A stretch of 38,213 bases of DNA from Deltaproteobacteria bacterium (GTDB lineage Bacteria > Myxococcota_A > UBA9042 > DTJE01), in the NCBI GenBank assembly GCA_016784945.1, contig JADHTP010000003.1, positions 1 to 38,213 on the forward strand. The letters run 5' to 3'. Below the pieces are notes generated by a model that had not been told where the DNA came from, searched no databases, and worked only from the letters and a program-made list of their open reading frames with translations. The position numbers and the translations under genes are program-made. Numbering within the stretch: position 1 is the first letter of the stretch; each line of letters begins with the position of its first letter. Below, piece after piece: positions 8,393 through 17,328 of this stretch.

Positions 8393-9373
8393 ATGACAGC
8401 GGGAAGGCGGGGGGCCCTGCTCGCGGCGGGCGTGTTTCTCTGTGTCGCGGGTGGCTGTGGCAGCGACGATGGCGTCCCGGATCCGGCGGACGCGTCCGAT
8501 TCGGGCGATCAGGGCCCGGACCTGGCCGTGGACGACGGCGCCCAGGAGGACGGCGTCAACCAGACCTGCCTCCAGTGCATCGAGCCGGGGCTCATGCTGC
8601 GCTGGCACAAGATCGACCTCGTGGAGCCTTCCGTGCCCGCGGGTCTGCCGGAATTCCTGAACAACATCATCCAGCCCGACGTGAACGACTACCGCATCAA
8701 CATCGGGTTGCGGATCAACGAAATCAGCCCGAAGCCGGACGGCACCCTGGGCGTCCAGCTGACTGCGGGTACGACGTGGCATGACCTCGATCCCTCGGAC
8801 GTCCTGGCCATCCACGGGGGGGACAAGACGCCGTCCTGGTATCAGTTCATGGACGGTTTAACCACGGAGGTCGATGCCGTGGTCAAGAAGGACTGCACCT
8901 TCGGAACCAGCGAGGAAACGACCCTGTGGTTCAAGTCCGGACCCGCCGAGTTCGGGTACATGTGCTCGCCGGCCCGTCCGGACCTGGTGGCTCCCGCCGA
9001 CGTTCTGCCCTTCGAAAAGGCCATCACCTGGGGGACCTTCGACAACCAGTGCACCCGGATCATGAACGGGCGAATCGACGCCTGCATCCGGGCCGTGAGG
9101 GCCTGTGAAATCTGTGTCTTCATCCTGTCGCCGGACTACAAGACGTTCGTTTCCGAGGAAGACCCCTCGGTGGACCCGGCCGAGCCCTGCTTGCCACAAT
9201 TCTGTGATCGCTGGTGCGGGCGCGGTGAAGGCGGCGTTCCCCTGTGGACCAACCTCGGTGGCTTCATCGAGACCATCGAAGTGCCCCAGAACTGCGAGGT
9301 GAACGGGGATCCCGGGTACCATTTCGTGGTGAACTTCGAAGCGGAGGTCGTCCCGGTTCCACCCGGATCGTGA
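8393..9373 (+). CDS. Cys-rich hypothetical lipoprotein
   Basis: Lipoprotein-type signal (FLCVAGGC), an acidic linker and many Cys; GGAG RBS. Confidence 0.7.
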   Translation: MTAGRRGALLAAGVFLCVAGGCGSDDGVPDPADASDSGDQGPDLAVDDGAQEDGVNQTCLQCIEPGLMLRWHKIDLVEPSVPAGLPEFLNNIIQPDVNDYRINIGLRINEISPKPDGTLGVQLTAGTTWHDLDPSDVLAIHGGDKTPSWYQFMDGLTTEVDAVVKKDCTFGTSEETTLWFKSGPAEFGYMCSPARPDLVAPADVLPFEKAITWGTFDNQCTRIMNGRIDACIRAVRACEICVFILSPDYKTFVSEEDPSVDPAEPCLPQFCDRWCGRGEGGVPLWTNLGGFIETIEVPQNCEVNGDPGYHFVVNFEAEVVPVPPGS

Positions 9374-9750
9374 TGACGTCTATGACCTGTGTCTTCCCCG
9401 TCCTGACACTGACTGCCCTGGTCGCGCTCCTGCTGGCGGAGTACCGCGGATTCCGGCCCGGCATCTGGATCGCCAAGCCGCTGGCCTCCCTGGGATTCCT
9501 CGGCGGCGCGGTGTACCTGGGGGCACTGGACGGATGCTACGGGGCCACGCTCTTCGCCGGGCTGGTGCTGTCCTTTGTAAGCGACGTCCTGCTGATCCCG
9601 AAAAAACCGCTGGTCTTCCGCCTGGGCATCGTCTCCTTCCTGCTGGCCCACGTGGCCTACATTGCCGCCTTCGTGAACCGGGCCTGGGGCCTGCCTTTCT
9701 ACTACGGGGGGCAATGGTTGCTGGTCTGGTCCGCCGCCCCCCTGGCCTGA
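9373..9750 (+). pseudogene. Lysoplasmalogenase (YhhN/TMEM86) family gene with in-frame internal deletion
   Basis: TGATG-coupled start. KPLAS, GLVLS..SDVLL and G..SFLLAHVAY are followed at once by the family's C-terminal YY.GQ motif. It is only 125 aa, and the middle helices with the second F..SD motif are absent. Confidence 0.65.
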
Positions 9751-9763
9751 GCCTCACCCGTTT

Positions 9764-11059
9764 TTACTTCTTCTTTCCGAACCGTTCGAGCAGGGCCGGG
9801 GCCACGTCCCGGTGGACCATCACCGTGAGCATCTTCAGGCGGATGAAGTCTTCACGGAAGAAGTAATAACCCTTGAATTTCCCCTTCCTGGCGCTGCGGC
9901 CGGAATCCTTGATCAGGTACCAGTCACTGCCGTCCACCGTGGCCCGCCCCAGCAGGTGAATGCCGTGATCGTCTCCGGTGGACTTGTTGTGGATCCGGTA
10001 TTCCCGCACATCCTGAGTGATCAGTCCGGGCGGGATGTCGAAGTCGGGAACGAAGGCCACGTCCTGCTCCGGGTTCTTGCCGGGCTCGGACACGTCACCG
10101 CCGAGGCCCACGGTGTACCCGGCCTCCACGGCCTGCCCGACCACGCCGTAAAAGTCCTCCAGCGGGACATTGTGGTAGGTGTCGTCGAGCCACCAGTTGT
10201 CGGGCACGTCGAAGAGCGCGGTCTGGAACAGGGGCTCCCGGGTGGTGGACATGAACTGGACGTAGGCGTCGGGGTCCAGGCCCAGGTAGTCCGTCACGAA
10301 GGTGACCGGGGTGTACTGCCGGCCCTCCCATTGGAACTCCGCCGGCGGCCGGCCCAGGTACCGCTCCATGATGGCGTGGATGTTGGCCAGCACCAGGGCC
10401 TCGTCCCACAGGTCCGTGGCCTTTGCGTGTTCCAGGTACTGGTTCATCTCCCGGTGCATGCGGCTGTGGTCGTGCCAGCCGTCTTCGGCCAGGATGCCGG
10501 GGAACAGTTCGTGTGGGACCGCGCCGTGCTTCTTCCACATCCGGGTGACGGAGTTGAGCTGCGATCCCTCCCCGAAGGCCGAGTCGCCCCGCCGGGCCAC
10601 GAACCGCCGGGCCTTTTCCACGTATTCCCAGTACACGGTGAACATTTCGGACATCTTGACCTTGCGGCCCCTGATTCGGTGAATCTCCGACTCGAGGTAG
10701 GACGTGCCTGCGAAGGACCAGCAGGTGCCGGTGTAGTACTGCGCCACGGGGGCAAAATGGAAAGGCGCCCCGAAGATCTCCAGGGAGGCGGGTCTCCGGG
10801 ACGCGGGCAGGTCGGCGATGAGGTCCTTCCGGCTGTCCTTCTTCAGCTTCTTTTCGGTCTTCTGGTTTTCCCGGATGTTGGCCGTGGCCTTCTTTTCATC
10901 CGCGTCCCGGGCCTCGTTCCGGTCCTTGATGGCCTTGATGACCTTGTCCTCGACGTGAGGGCGATACCGGGCCGGGTCGGGCCTGTCGGCGGGTGATGCC
11001 TCCGCCCAGGCCGGCAGGGCGGTACACACCAGGGCAACGATGAAGGGCCTTGCGTTCAT
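9764..11059 (-). CDS. Secreted papain-like cysteine peptidase, family C1 (aminopeptidase C-like)
   Basis: Signal peptide, Q..TGTCWSF catalytic Cys motif, DDHGIHLLG catalytic His and WYLIKDSG. Confidence 0.88.
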   Translation of the reverse strand: MNARPFIVALVCTALPAWAEASPADRPDPARYRPHVEDKVIKAIKDRNEARDADEKKATANIRENQKTEKKLKKDSRKDLIADLPASRRPASLEIFGAPFHFAPVAQYYTGTCWSFAGTSYLESEIHRIRGRKVKMSEMFTVYWEYVEKARRFVARRGDSAFGEGSQLNSVTRMWKKHGAVPHELFPGILAEDGWHDHSRMHREMNQYLEHAKATDLWDEALVLANIHAIMERYLGRPPAEFQWEGRQYTPVTFVTDYLGLDPDAYVQFMSTTREPLFQTALFDVPDNWWLDDTYHNVPLEDFYGVVGQAVEAGYTVGLGGDVSEPGKNPEQDVAFVPDFDIPPGLITQDVREYRIHNKSTGDDHGIHLLGRATVDGSDWYLIKDSGRSARKGKFKGYYFFREDFIRLKMLTVMVHRDVAPALLERFGKKK

Positions 11060-11138
11060 GGATTTTTCCCTCGTTGCGTTTTAGGGGGCAAGAATACTTC
11101 ATCTGCGGGGCCAGGCGATAGGCGATAAGCCATCTTCG

Positions 11139-11206
11139 CAGGGCAAACGCATCTAATTCGTGGTCGTGCGTAGCTTCTGTTTCAACATTTTGATGCGTTT
11201 GCCATG
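11139..11206. mobile_element. 68-bp ISAs1-like internally deleted IS/MITE with 10-bp target-site duplication
   Basis: IRs are CAGGGCAAACGCATC (11139-11153) and GATGCGTTTGCCATG (11192-11206), matching 14/15. The perfect direct repeat GCCATCTTCG lies at 11129-11138 and 11207-11216. CAGGG ends and ~10-bp DRs are characteristic of the ISAs1 family. Confidence 0.85.
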
Positions 11207-11223
11207 GCCATCTTCGTCACACG

Positions 11224-11325
11224 GTAGACGACAGACGACAGACGACAGACGGCAGACGCCTCCCCCACGATCAACGATGTACGATCAGACCATCAACGTC
11301 CCGCGATAGGCGATCGGCTAACCGG
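11224..11325. repeat. Heptamer tandem repeats (ACAGACG)n followed by degenerate (ACGATCA/GGCGATA)n
   Basis: GTAGACG ACAGACG ACAGACG ACAGACG GCAGACG (11224-11258), then ACGATCA ACGATGT ACGATCA and further degenerate units. AGGCGAT x2 also occurs at 11113-11126. Confidence 0.8.
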
Positions 11326-11331
11326 TTCCAC

Positions 11332-11580
11332 GTGGTGGTCCTGGACAAGCTGACCTATGCTTTGCAACCTGGACAACCTGTCGGCCCTGACCCCGGAACA
11401 GAAATCACGCTTTTCCTTAGTCAAGGGCGACACCGGAGACCGCGACTGCGTGGACGGGGTTTTCGGGCAGCGGGACCTGCACGCGGTGGTCAATTTCGCG
11501 GCGGAGTCCCACGTGGACCGATCCATCGAAGACCACGAATAACGATTCGTGACCAACGTCAAACTGTTGACCCTCTTCGG
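11332..11580 (+). pseudogene. rfbB: dTDP-glucose 4,6-dehydratase fragment
   Basis: VVVLDKLTYA, then a frameshift near 11351-11357, then NLDNL...KGD.GD...VVNFAAESHVDRSI, an in-frame TAA at 11540-11542, and TNV. Both the N-terminal GxxGxxG and the catalytic C-terminal part are missing. Confidence 0.85.
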
Positions 11581-11657
11581 AGGGGGGGGGCTGGCGCAAA
11601 GGTGTGCTAGCATGAAATCGGTCTGCGGCCGATGGTGTCATTCAACCGGCGAGAGCA

Positions 11658-12782
11658 ATGAACAGCAACAAGACAAGACTGCTTTCCATAGGGTTCCTCC
11701 TGGTCGCACTGACCCTTCCGGCGGCGGCCCGATCCGATCCTTTCACACCTTTCAGGGGCGAGTCGAAACCGGTGACGGTGGAGGACGTCCGGCCCCACAT
11801 CGGCGAGGACGGAAACGCCACCAACGAGTTCTACAGCGAATGGTGGTCCTTCGTGTTCCAGATGGAAGACGGCTACGGGGCCTATGCCCAGTTCCTTCTC
11901 TACAACCTGGGACCCGGTGACGGCATGGCGGCCGTCCGCACCACCCTGGCTCTCCCCGACGGCTTTCACATGAACGAAAAGACCGTGTACGAGTCGGGGG
12001 AGTGGGACTACGCAAAGGACAAGTTCGAAATCCGGCTGGGCGACAACGTGGTGGGAGGTCCCCTGGACGGGCTGAAGATACGGCTGAAGAACGAGTCCTT
12101 CGAGGCCGAATACAATCTGGAGAACATCGCCCCGCCCTGGAAGCCGGGCAGCGGTCGGGCCCACTACGGGAAGTCCGGCAAACGCCACTACGACTTCCAG
12201 GTCATCGCCCCCGTGGCCCGAATGACGGGCCGGGTGAAGGTGGAGGGCGAAGACGAATGGCGCCCGGTCAAGGGCATCATGTACGTGGATCACTCCATGG
12301 CCACCATCGGCATGCACGAGCAGTCGAAGCGCTGGCTTCGGTTCAGGAGCATCGATCCAAAGCGCACCTTCCTCATGGCGGATATCCGGCCGCCGGAGCT
12401 GTATGGCGACGAGACGATCCAGTACGCCGTGCTGTTCGAGGAGGGCCGCAAGGTGTTCGAAAGCCTGGACCTGGACCTGGGATTCGGGAGCCGATACGTG
12501 GACCCGGAAAAGAGCGGCTACGTGGCGGCCCGACTGGTGGAGATGAAGCACAAGGAAGGCGATCTCAAGATCCACGGCGCCGTGAAGGCCCGCAAAATGA
12601 CGAACCGGGAGGATTTCCTGGCGGCCCTGAGCCCTGCCATCCGTTTCGTGGTGTCCAAGTTCGTCAAGCCCATCATGTACTATTTTTCCGGCCTGTACAC
12701 CATCGAGACCGTGGACAAGGACGGCCAGAAGAAACGCTACAAGGGCAACGGAAAGTACTACGTCACCATCGTGAATCCCTGA
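11658..12782 (+). CDS. Secreted protein, AttH/CrtC/lipocalin-like beta-barrel fold (putative lipid-binding or hydratase/cyclase-like)
   Basis: Signal peptide (…LPAAA|RS), FYSEWWSF motif and G.MYVDHS, as in the AttH/CrtC/tocopherol-cyclase-like clan. Confidence 0.5.
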   Translation: MNSNKTRLLSIGFLLVALTLPAAARSDPFTPFRGESKPVTVEDVRPHIGEDGNATNEFYSEWWSFVFQMEDGYGAYAQFLLYNLGPGDGMAAVRTTLALPDGFHMNEKTVYESGEWDYAKDKFEIRLGDNVVGGPLDGLKIRLKNESFEAEYNLENIAPPWKPGSGRAHYGKSGKRHYDFQVIAPVARMTGRVKVEGEDEWRPVKGIMYVDHSMATIGMHEQSKRWLRFRSIDPKRTFLMADIRPPELYGDETIQYAVLFEEGRKVFESLDLDLGFGSRYVDPEKSGYVAARLVEMKHKEGDLKIHGAVKARKMTNREDFLAALSPAIRFVVSKFVKPIMYYFSGLYTIETVDKDGQKKRYKGNGKYYVTIVNP

Positions 12783-12824
12783 CATGGCCCCGGTCCGGGC
12801 CGCGGTGGAACACTGCCATTTGAA

Positions 12825-13165
12825 ATGTCCCTGATGGATTCCCGGTCGCGCGTCCAGGGTCTGATGCAGGGGTGGGTGGACCTGTCCCTGCGCCACCTCT
12901 GGCGGATCATCGGCATCGCCACGCTGGTTTTCTGGACGTCGGTGCTCTTCGCGGTCCGCCTGGACCTCAAGATCGACTTTGTGGAACTGCTGCCCACGGA
13001 CTCCCCCTCCGTACTGAACCCCGAACAGCTCAAGGGGCGGGTGACGTCCTACCGGACCCTGACCGTGGCCATCGAGTCACCGGACCTCGACGTATCCATG
13101 AAGTTCGCCGATGACCCGGCCGAGCGGCTGCGGGCCTTTCCCAGGGACCGGATCCGGTACGTGGG
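12825..13165 (+). pseudogene. N-terminal fragment of an MMPL/RND (HpnN-like) transporter
   Basis: TM1 followed by LDLKIDFVELLP..SPSV and LTVAIESPD...FADD. Similarity stops at about RIRYV and the ORF runs on into unrelated sequence to 13334. Confidence 0.65.
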
Positions 13166-13354
13166 CGTACAGGGGCATGGTGGGACAGGGCTCGACCGTT
13201 GTGTCAGTATCCCGGACTTCGACCTCTACCACGTCCAGTGGCGTCCCGGCAGTGCCGCTGCAACCGAAAAGCAGCACGAACGCGGCAAGCCAATGACGTG
13301 TTTTTCATCACATTTTCCGTGCGATTCCGAATAGTACCTGTAAACGTAAAGAAA

Positions 13355-13404
13355 TTGACTTAACGAACCGATTTCCGGAGTATCGGTACCCGGGTACCGC
13401 TACT
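13355..13404 (+). promoter_or_regulatory. Putative promoter with overlapping palindromic operator upstream of the amidohydrolase operon
   Basis: TTGACT (13355-13360) lies in an AT-rich stretch. The perfect 16-bp palindrome CGGTACCCGGGTACCG (13384-13399) extends with AGTA/TACT to 13379-13404. Confidence 0.5.
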
Positions 13405-13429
13405 TTCTCGCGGGGGTGGGAGCAACTAC

Positions 13430-14248
13430 ATGGCAGTCATCGACTTCAGGGTGCGACCCCGAACGGCCTATTTCTTCAAGGACCTGGTGCCCGATGTCAT
13501 TCCGGCGTACCAGACCTACGTCCGGATGTTCAACATCGAGCCCCGGCTGACCCTCGTGTCCCTGGAAGACTCCGTCAAGGAGATGGTTTCCGGCGAGGTG
13601 ACCCACGGCGTCATCTTTTCGGGCAACGCCGAAGGCAATCGCGAGGTGTACAAGGCCTGCCGGCAGTTCCCCGACCAGTACTTCGGGATGGCCGGTATCG
13701 ACATCACCCAGGGCGTCACGAAGGGCATGAAGGACCTGGAACAGGCCTACGAGGAGTTTGGTCTGGCAGGGCTCAGCCTGAGCCCGTTCATGACCGGGAT
13801 TTCCGCGGACGACCCGCGTTATTTTCCCCTGTATGCCCTGTCCGAAAAGGCCGGGAAGGTGGTCCAGATCCACTCGGCCGTTCATTTCAACCAGGAGTTT
13901 CCCCTGGAGGTCTCCGAGCCGGTCCACATCGACCGGATCGCCGTGCATTTCCCGGGCCTGCGGATCGTGATGTGCCATGCCGGATTCGGTTTCGGCAACG
14001 CCGGCCTGGTCATCGTGGCGCGTCACCCCAACCTGTTCGCCGACTTCTCCGGGCTCCATCCCAGTGCCCTGCCGACGGAGATGGTGAAGGCCATCAACGG
14101 TATCCTGCGGGACAAGGCGATCTTCGGCACCAACTACCCGTGCATCACCTTCGACATCGTGCCAGAATGGAAGAAGGTCGTCAGGGAAGAGAACCAAGCG
14201 GTCTTCTTCCACCTCAATGCCCAGCGGGCCCTGGGAATCGAACGATAG
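13430..14248 (+). CDS. Amidohydrolase superfamily protein (Amidohydro_2-like)
   Basis: D.RYFPLY, VQIHS, FPGLRIVMCHAG, HPNLFADFSG and IFGTNYP motifs and C-terminal NAQRALG. The N-terminal motif is IDFRVRP instead of IDxHxH. Confidence 0.85.
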   Translation: MAVIDFRVRPRTAYFFKDLVPDVIPAYQTYVRMFNIEPRLTLVSLEDSVKEMVSGEVTHGVIFSGNAEGNREVYKACRQFPDQYFGMAGIDITQGVTKGMKDLEQAYEEFGLAGLSLSPFMTGISADDPRYFPLYALSEKAGKVVQIHSAVHFNQEFPLEVSEPVHIDRIAVHFPGLRIVMCHAGFGFGNAGLVIVARHPNLFADFSGLHPSALPTEMVKAINGILRDKAIFGTNYPCITFDIVPEWKKVVREENQAVFFHLNAQRALGIER

Positions 14249-14257
14249 GGCGCATCG

Positions 14258-15688
14258 ATGAAACCCGAAGACTTCGAAGCACCACTGGACGCGTTTTCCG
14301 AATACGCCATGGCCGTGGAGAACGACGACTACCCCAAGACGGATTTCACCCAGTTGCAGTTCCGCGGTCCCGTGGATCCGGCCGCCATGGCCGAGGCCCA
14401 TGACGATGCCATCGCCCTGGTCCCTATTTTCAGCAGCCACCTCGTGGAGCGGCGGCGGGGACTGTTATACCGGCCCCGCTGGGTCTTCGACCGGGAAGTG
14501 CCGAACCGGTTGCGGGTAGAAGACTGTCGCCACGTGGCCGGCGATCCCTTCGACCCCATGGATTTCAGCACCAGGCACTACGAGCTCCGTATACGGCAGC
14601 GGATGGACCTGACGCGTGAATTTCCCTGCAATTGCTCGCTGTTGCGCGTGGGCGACGAAGAGCACATCCTTTCACTTCAGTTCCATCACAGCTGCATGGA
14701 TGCCCACAAGGGTTACCTGTACCTGACCCGGCTCCTGGCCGGTTACCATGAAAGGATCAAGGGCAAGGCCCCCGACTGGGCCGACTCCCAGGGCATGGCC
14801 GCACTGACCCGGCAGGGCGATATGGTGAAGCCGGTGTCCGCCGGACGGTTCATCCGGGAACAGCTCGCGGACGTGTTCTGGCGGAACCGATCCGGGAGCG
14901 TGTCCAACATCGCTTCCGAGGAAGTGCGGGACTACCGTGAGGTCCGGGGACGGTACAGCCTGCGGGCCGTGATCGAAGACCCGGCCGTGCTCCAGGGTCT
15001 TTTCGATCGAGCACGGGCCCATCATGCCACGGTGAACGACCTGTTTTTCGCGGTGACCCGCCGGGTCCTGTCCCGCTGGAACCGCGATCACGGCGCGTCC
15101 GACGACCGGTTCCGCTTCATGCTGATCACCAGCATCAAGGGCCGGACCCGGCAGTCCGAGGCTGCGGGGGCGGGCGTTTCCGGGTTGAACTTCGTTTCCA
15201 CCGGCCAGGGGGGCGCCAGTCTCGACACGCTGATGCAGTTCTTCCGGGATGTCAGGCGCGACCAGCTCGCCCGGGGGATCGACATCCGGTTCAACCAGGC
15301 CATGTGCCGCATGGTGGGGGCGGCGCGGCTGCTGCCGCTGCGCAAGCGTTCGAGGCTTCTGAATCCGGTGGTGAACAGCATCCCGTGCACCTTCTCCCTG
15401 TCGAACCTGGGGGTGGTCTGGCCTCGCATGGAAAACGGTCGCCCCACCCTGGACTCGGAGGTGCTCGGCGCCGGGGACTTCGTGATCAGTGACATCCACT
15501 CGAGCGCGTCCGCCGGGCGTAGCGTGGGACTCGCCCTGGCCGTCCGTATCCACCAGCGACGCATGTACCTGAACTTCGTGGCCGACCGCTTCCGGTTCCG
15601 GGAGCCCGAGGCGCGGGAACTGGTCGACCGGTTCGTACGGGAACTCACGGCGGCCCACGAGCCCGGTTCCGGGCAGGAGGGGGAATGA
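14258..15688 (+). CDS. Stand-alone condensation-domain / CoA-dependent acyltransferase (PapA5/AATase-like)
   Basis: FHHSCMDA (HHxxxD), ATVNDL, SNLG and MDLT..FP motifs. Confidence 0.75.
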   Translation: MKPEDFEAPLDAFSEYAMAVENDDYPKTDFTQLQFRGPVDPAAMAEAHDDAIALVPIFSSHLVERRRGLLYRPRWVFDREVPNRLRVEDCRHVAGDPFDPMDFSTRHYELRIRQRMDLTREFPCNCSLLRVGDEEHILSLQFHHSCMDAHKGYLYLTRLLAGYHERIKGKAPDWADSQGMAALTRQGDMVKPVSAGRFIREQLADVFWRNRSGSVSNIASEEVRDYREVRGRYSLRAVIEDPAVLQGLFDRARAHHATVNDLFFAVTRRVLSRWNRDHGASDDRFRFMLITSIKGRTRQSEAAGAGVSGLNFVSTGQGGASLDTLMQFFRDVRRDQLARGIDIRFNQAMCRMVGAARLLPLRKRSRLLNPVVNSIPCTFSLSNLGVVWPRMENGRPTLDSEVLGAGDFVISDIHSSASAGRSVGLALAVRIHQRRMYLNFVADRFRFREPEARELVDRFVRELTAAHEPGSGQEGE

Positions 15689-17313
15689 TCCGAGTGCGCA
15701 AAATGGCCATGGTCTGGATCCTCGTTCCGGCGCTCCTGGCCGGGGCCTGTTCCGGCGGTGATTCGTCCGATCCGGACGACGCGATCGCGGGCGATTCGGT
15801 GGACGAGGAAACGTCGGTGACCTGTCCCGCCGTGGTCAAACAGTACCTGGAGATCGCGGGTGAACCCATACCGGACAACCCGGTTACCGGGGACGGGACG
15901 CCTTCGGAATTCAACCGGGTCCGATACATCCGCTACCGCGCCGACACCGGTGCCGATACACCCCGCCCCGTGGACGCCATCCTGGTCATGCTGCCCGGGT
16001 TCACCGTGGGAACGGGATATCTCACCTATATGGCGCGAAGCCTGGTCCGGATGTCCTGCGGCCGCATGGAAGTCTGGCTGGCGGAACGGAGGCACCATCT
16101 CCTGGAAGATCCCACGGGCATGATCGCCGCCGAGGCGGCCGGAGATCCCTGGATCGCCAACGGCTACTACTTCGAGGGCCAGGAAGTCGACGGGAAGACC
16201 TTTGCCGGGTTCATCGACGGCAACGGCCCCGACAGCGCCATCATCAGCGAGTGGGGCCTGGACATTGCCATGAAGGACATCCGGAGCGTGATCCGGCAGG
16301 TGCCGGAATCGGCACGGCAGGCCACCGTGTTCCTGGGCGGGCAGTCCCGGGGCGTGGCCTACGTGAGGGCCTATGCCGCCTATGAATTCGAGGACGGGCG
16401 TCTGGGCTGCGAGGACCTGGCCGGCCTGGTCCTGGTGGACGGCGATTCCCAGTACAAGTCGGGGATGAGCGAAGAGACCTACCTGGAGGATCTGCAGGCG
16501 ATCCGTTCCGGCGACAAGGCCCGGTTCGTCACCGTGCCGCCGGTGGGGCCCCCCATCTATACCTTCCTGGAAATCCTGGCCATGGCCTCGTCCGAGGGCT
16601 TCGGCGACCCCGCCGACCCGCAACTGGGACCTGATGGCCGTTTTCCTGAATTCGGTCCCCTGGAGCCCCTGCTGCCCCTGCTGTTCCGCCAGGAGGACAT
16701 CCAGATGACCAACGAGGCCTTCTTCGGGTTCGCCACGGACACCGACTCCGCCGTCATCGACATCCTGCGGGCCGGTCTGGGCGCCATGGACGGACCCGTG
16801 GCGGAAGACACCGTGGGCCTGTACCCCAGCGACCCGGACCACCTGTACACATGGAAGCACTGGGACGAAGTGGATCCCGTGGATTTCTGCGAGATACAGG
16901 ACCTGCTGAAATCCCTCTGGGAGGGGCCCTCCAACGCCACGGATCCCTATTACGCCTCGCGGCTGGACCTGGACTTCTTTGCGGCGGACAAGCTGGAAAC
17001 GGCGGGCGCCTGGCGTGACAAGTACTTCACCTTCCGTAGCTCGGACATGGACGCCCCGGTCTATAACCTGGGCTCCCACATCCTTCATGGCCAACCCGAA
17101 CGAGTGACCGACTACCGCGACCGCATCGCACCGGTCCGCGGACAGGACCTGCCGCGGTCCGAATACGGCTTCGACATCCTGTGGAAGCCCGAATGGGAGC
17201 ACATCGACACGGTGTTCGCCGTGGCCGAAACCAACGACTTTTTCATGGGCCTCGTGGACTGGATGCGACTGCACTCCAAGGGCGAAGTCCAGGTGCCCGT
17301 GAGCGGGGAATAG
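15685..17313 (+). CDS. Lipoprotein alpha/beta-hydrolase (esterase/lipase-like)
   Basis: ATGA overlap with the upstream gene, lipobox LLAGAC, oxyanion LPG, nucleophile elbow GGQSRG, GLVLVDG and C-terminal EHID. Confidence 0.75.
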   Translation: MIRVRKMAMVWILVPALLAGACSGGDSSDPDDAIAGDSVDEETSVTCPAVVKQYLEIAGEPIPDNPVTGDGTPSEFNRVRYIRYRADTGADTPRPVDAILVMLPGFTVGTGYLTYMARSLVRMSCGRMEVWLAERRHHLLEDPTGMIAAEAAGDPWIANGYYFEGQEVDGKTFAGFIDGNGPDSAIISEWGLDIAMKDIRSVIRQVPESARQATVFLGGQSRGVAYVRAYAAYEFEDGRLGCEDLAGLVLVDGDSQYKSGMSEETYLEDLQAIRSGDKARFVTVPPVGPPIYTFLEILAMASSEGFGDPADPQLGPDGRFPEFGPLEPLLPLLFRQEDIQMTNEAFFGFATDTDSAVIDILRAGLGAMDGPVAEDTVGLYPSDPDHLYTWKHWDEVDPVDFCEIQDLLKSLWEGPSNATDPYYASRLDLDFFAADKLETAGAWRDKYFTFRSSDMDAPVYNLGSHILHGQPERVTDYRDRIAPVRGQDLPRSEYGFDILWKPEWEHIDTVFAVAETNDFFMGLVDWMRLHSKGEVQVPVSGE

Positions 17314-17328
17314 ACCCGCGCCCCGGAC

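Noticed and set aside
11582-11590. G9 tract as a phase-variation switch
   Set aside because: It lies at the end of a pseudogene in a GC-rich genome, and variability cannot be shown from one sequence.
11592-11607. Sigma-54-like TGGCGC...TGC upstream of the 11658 gene
   Set aside because: GG and GC are separated by 11 nt rather than the required 10.
13297-13315. CRP/FNR-like site CGTGT-N6-TCACATTT
   Set aside because: Only one half-site is good and its position relative to the putative promoter is unconvincing.
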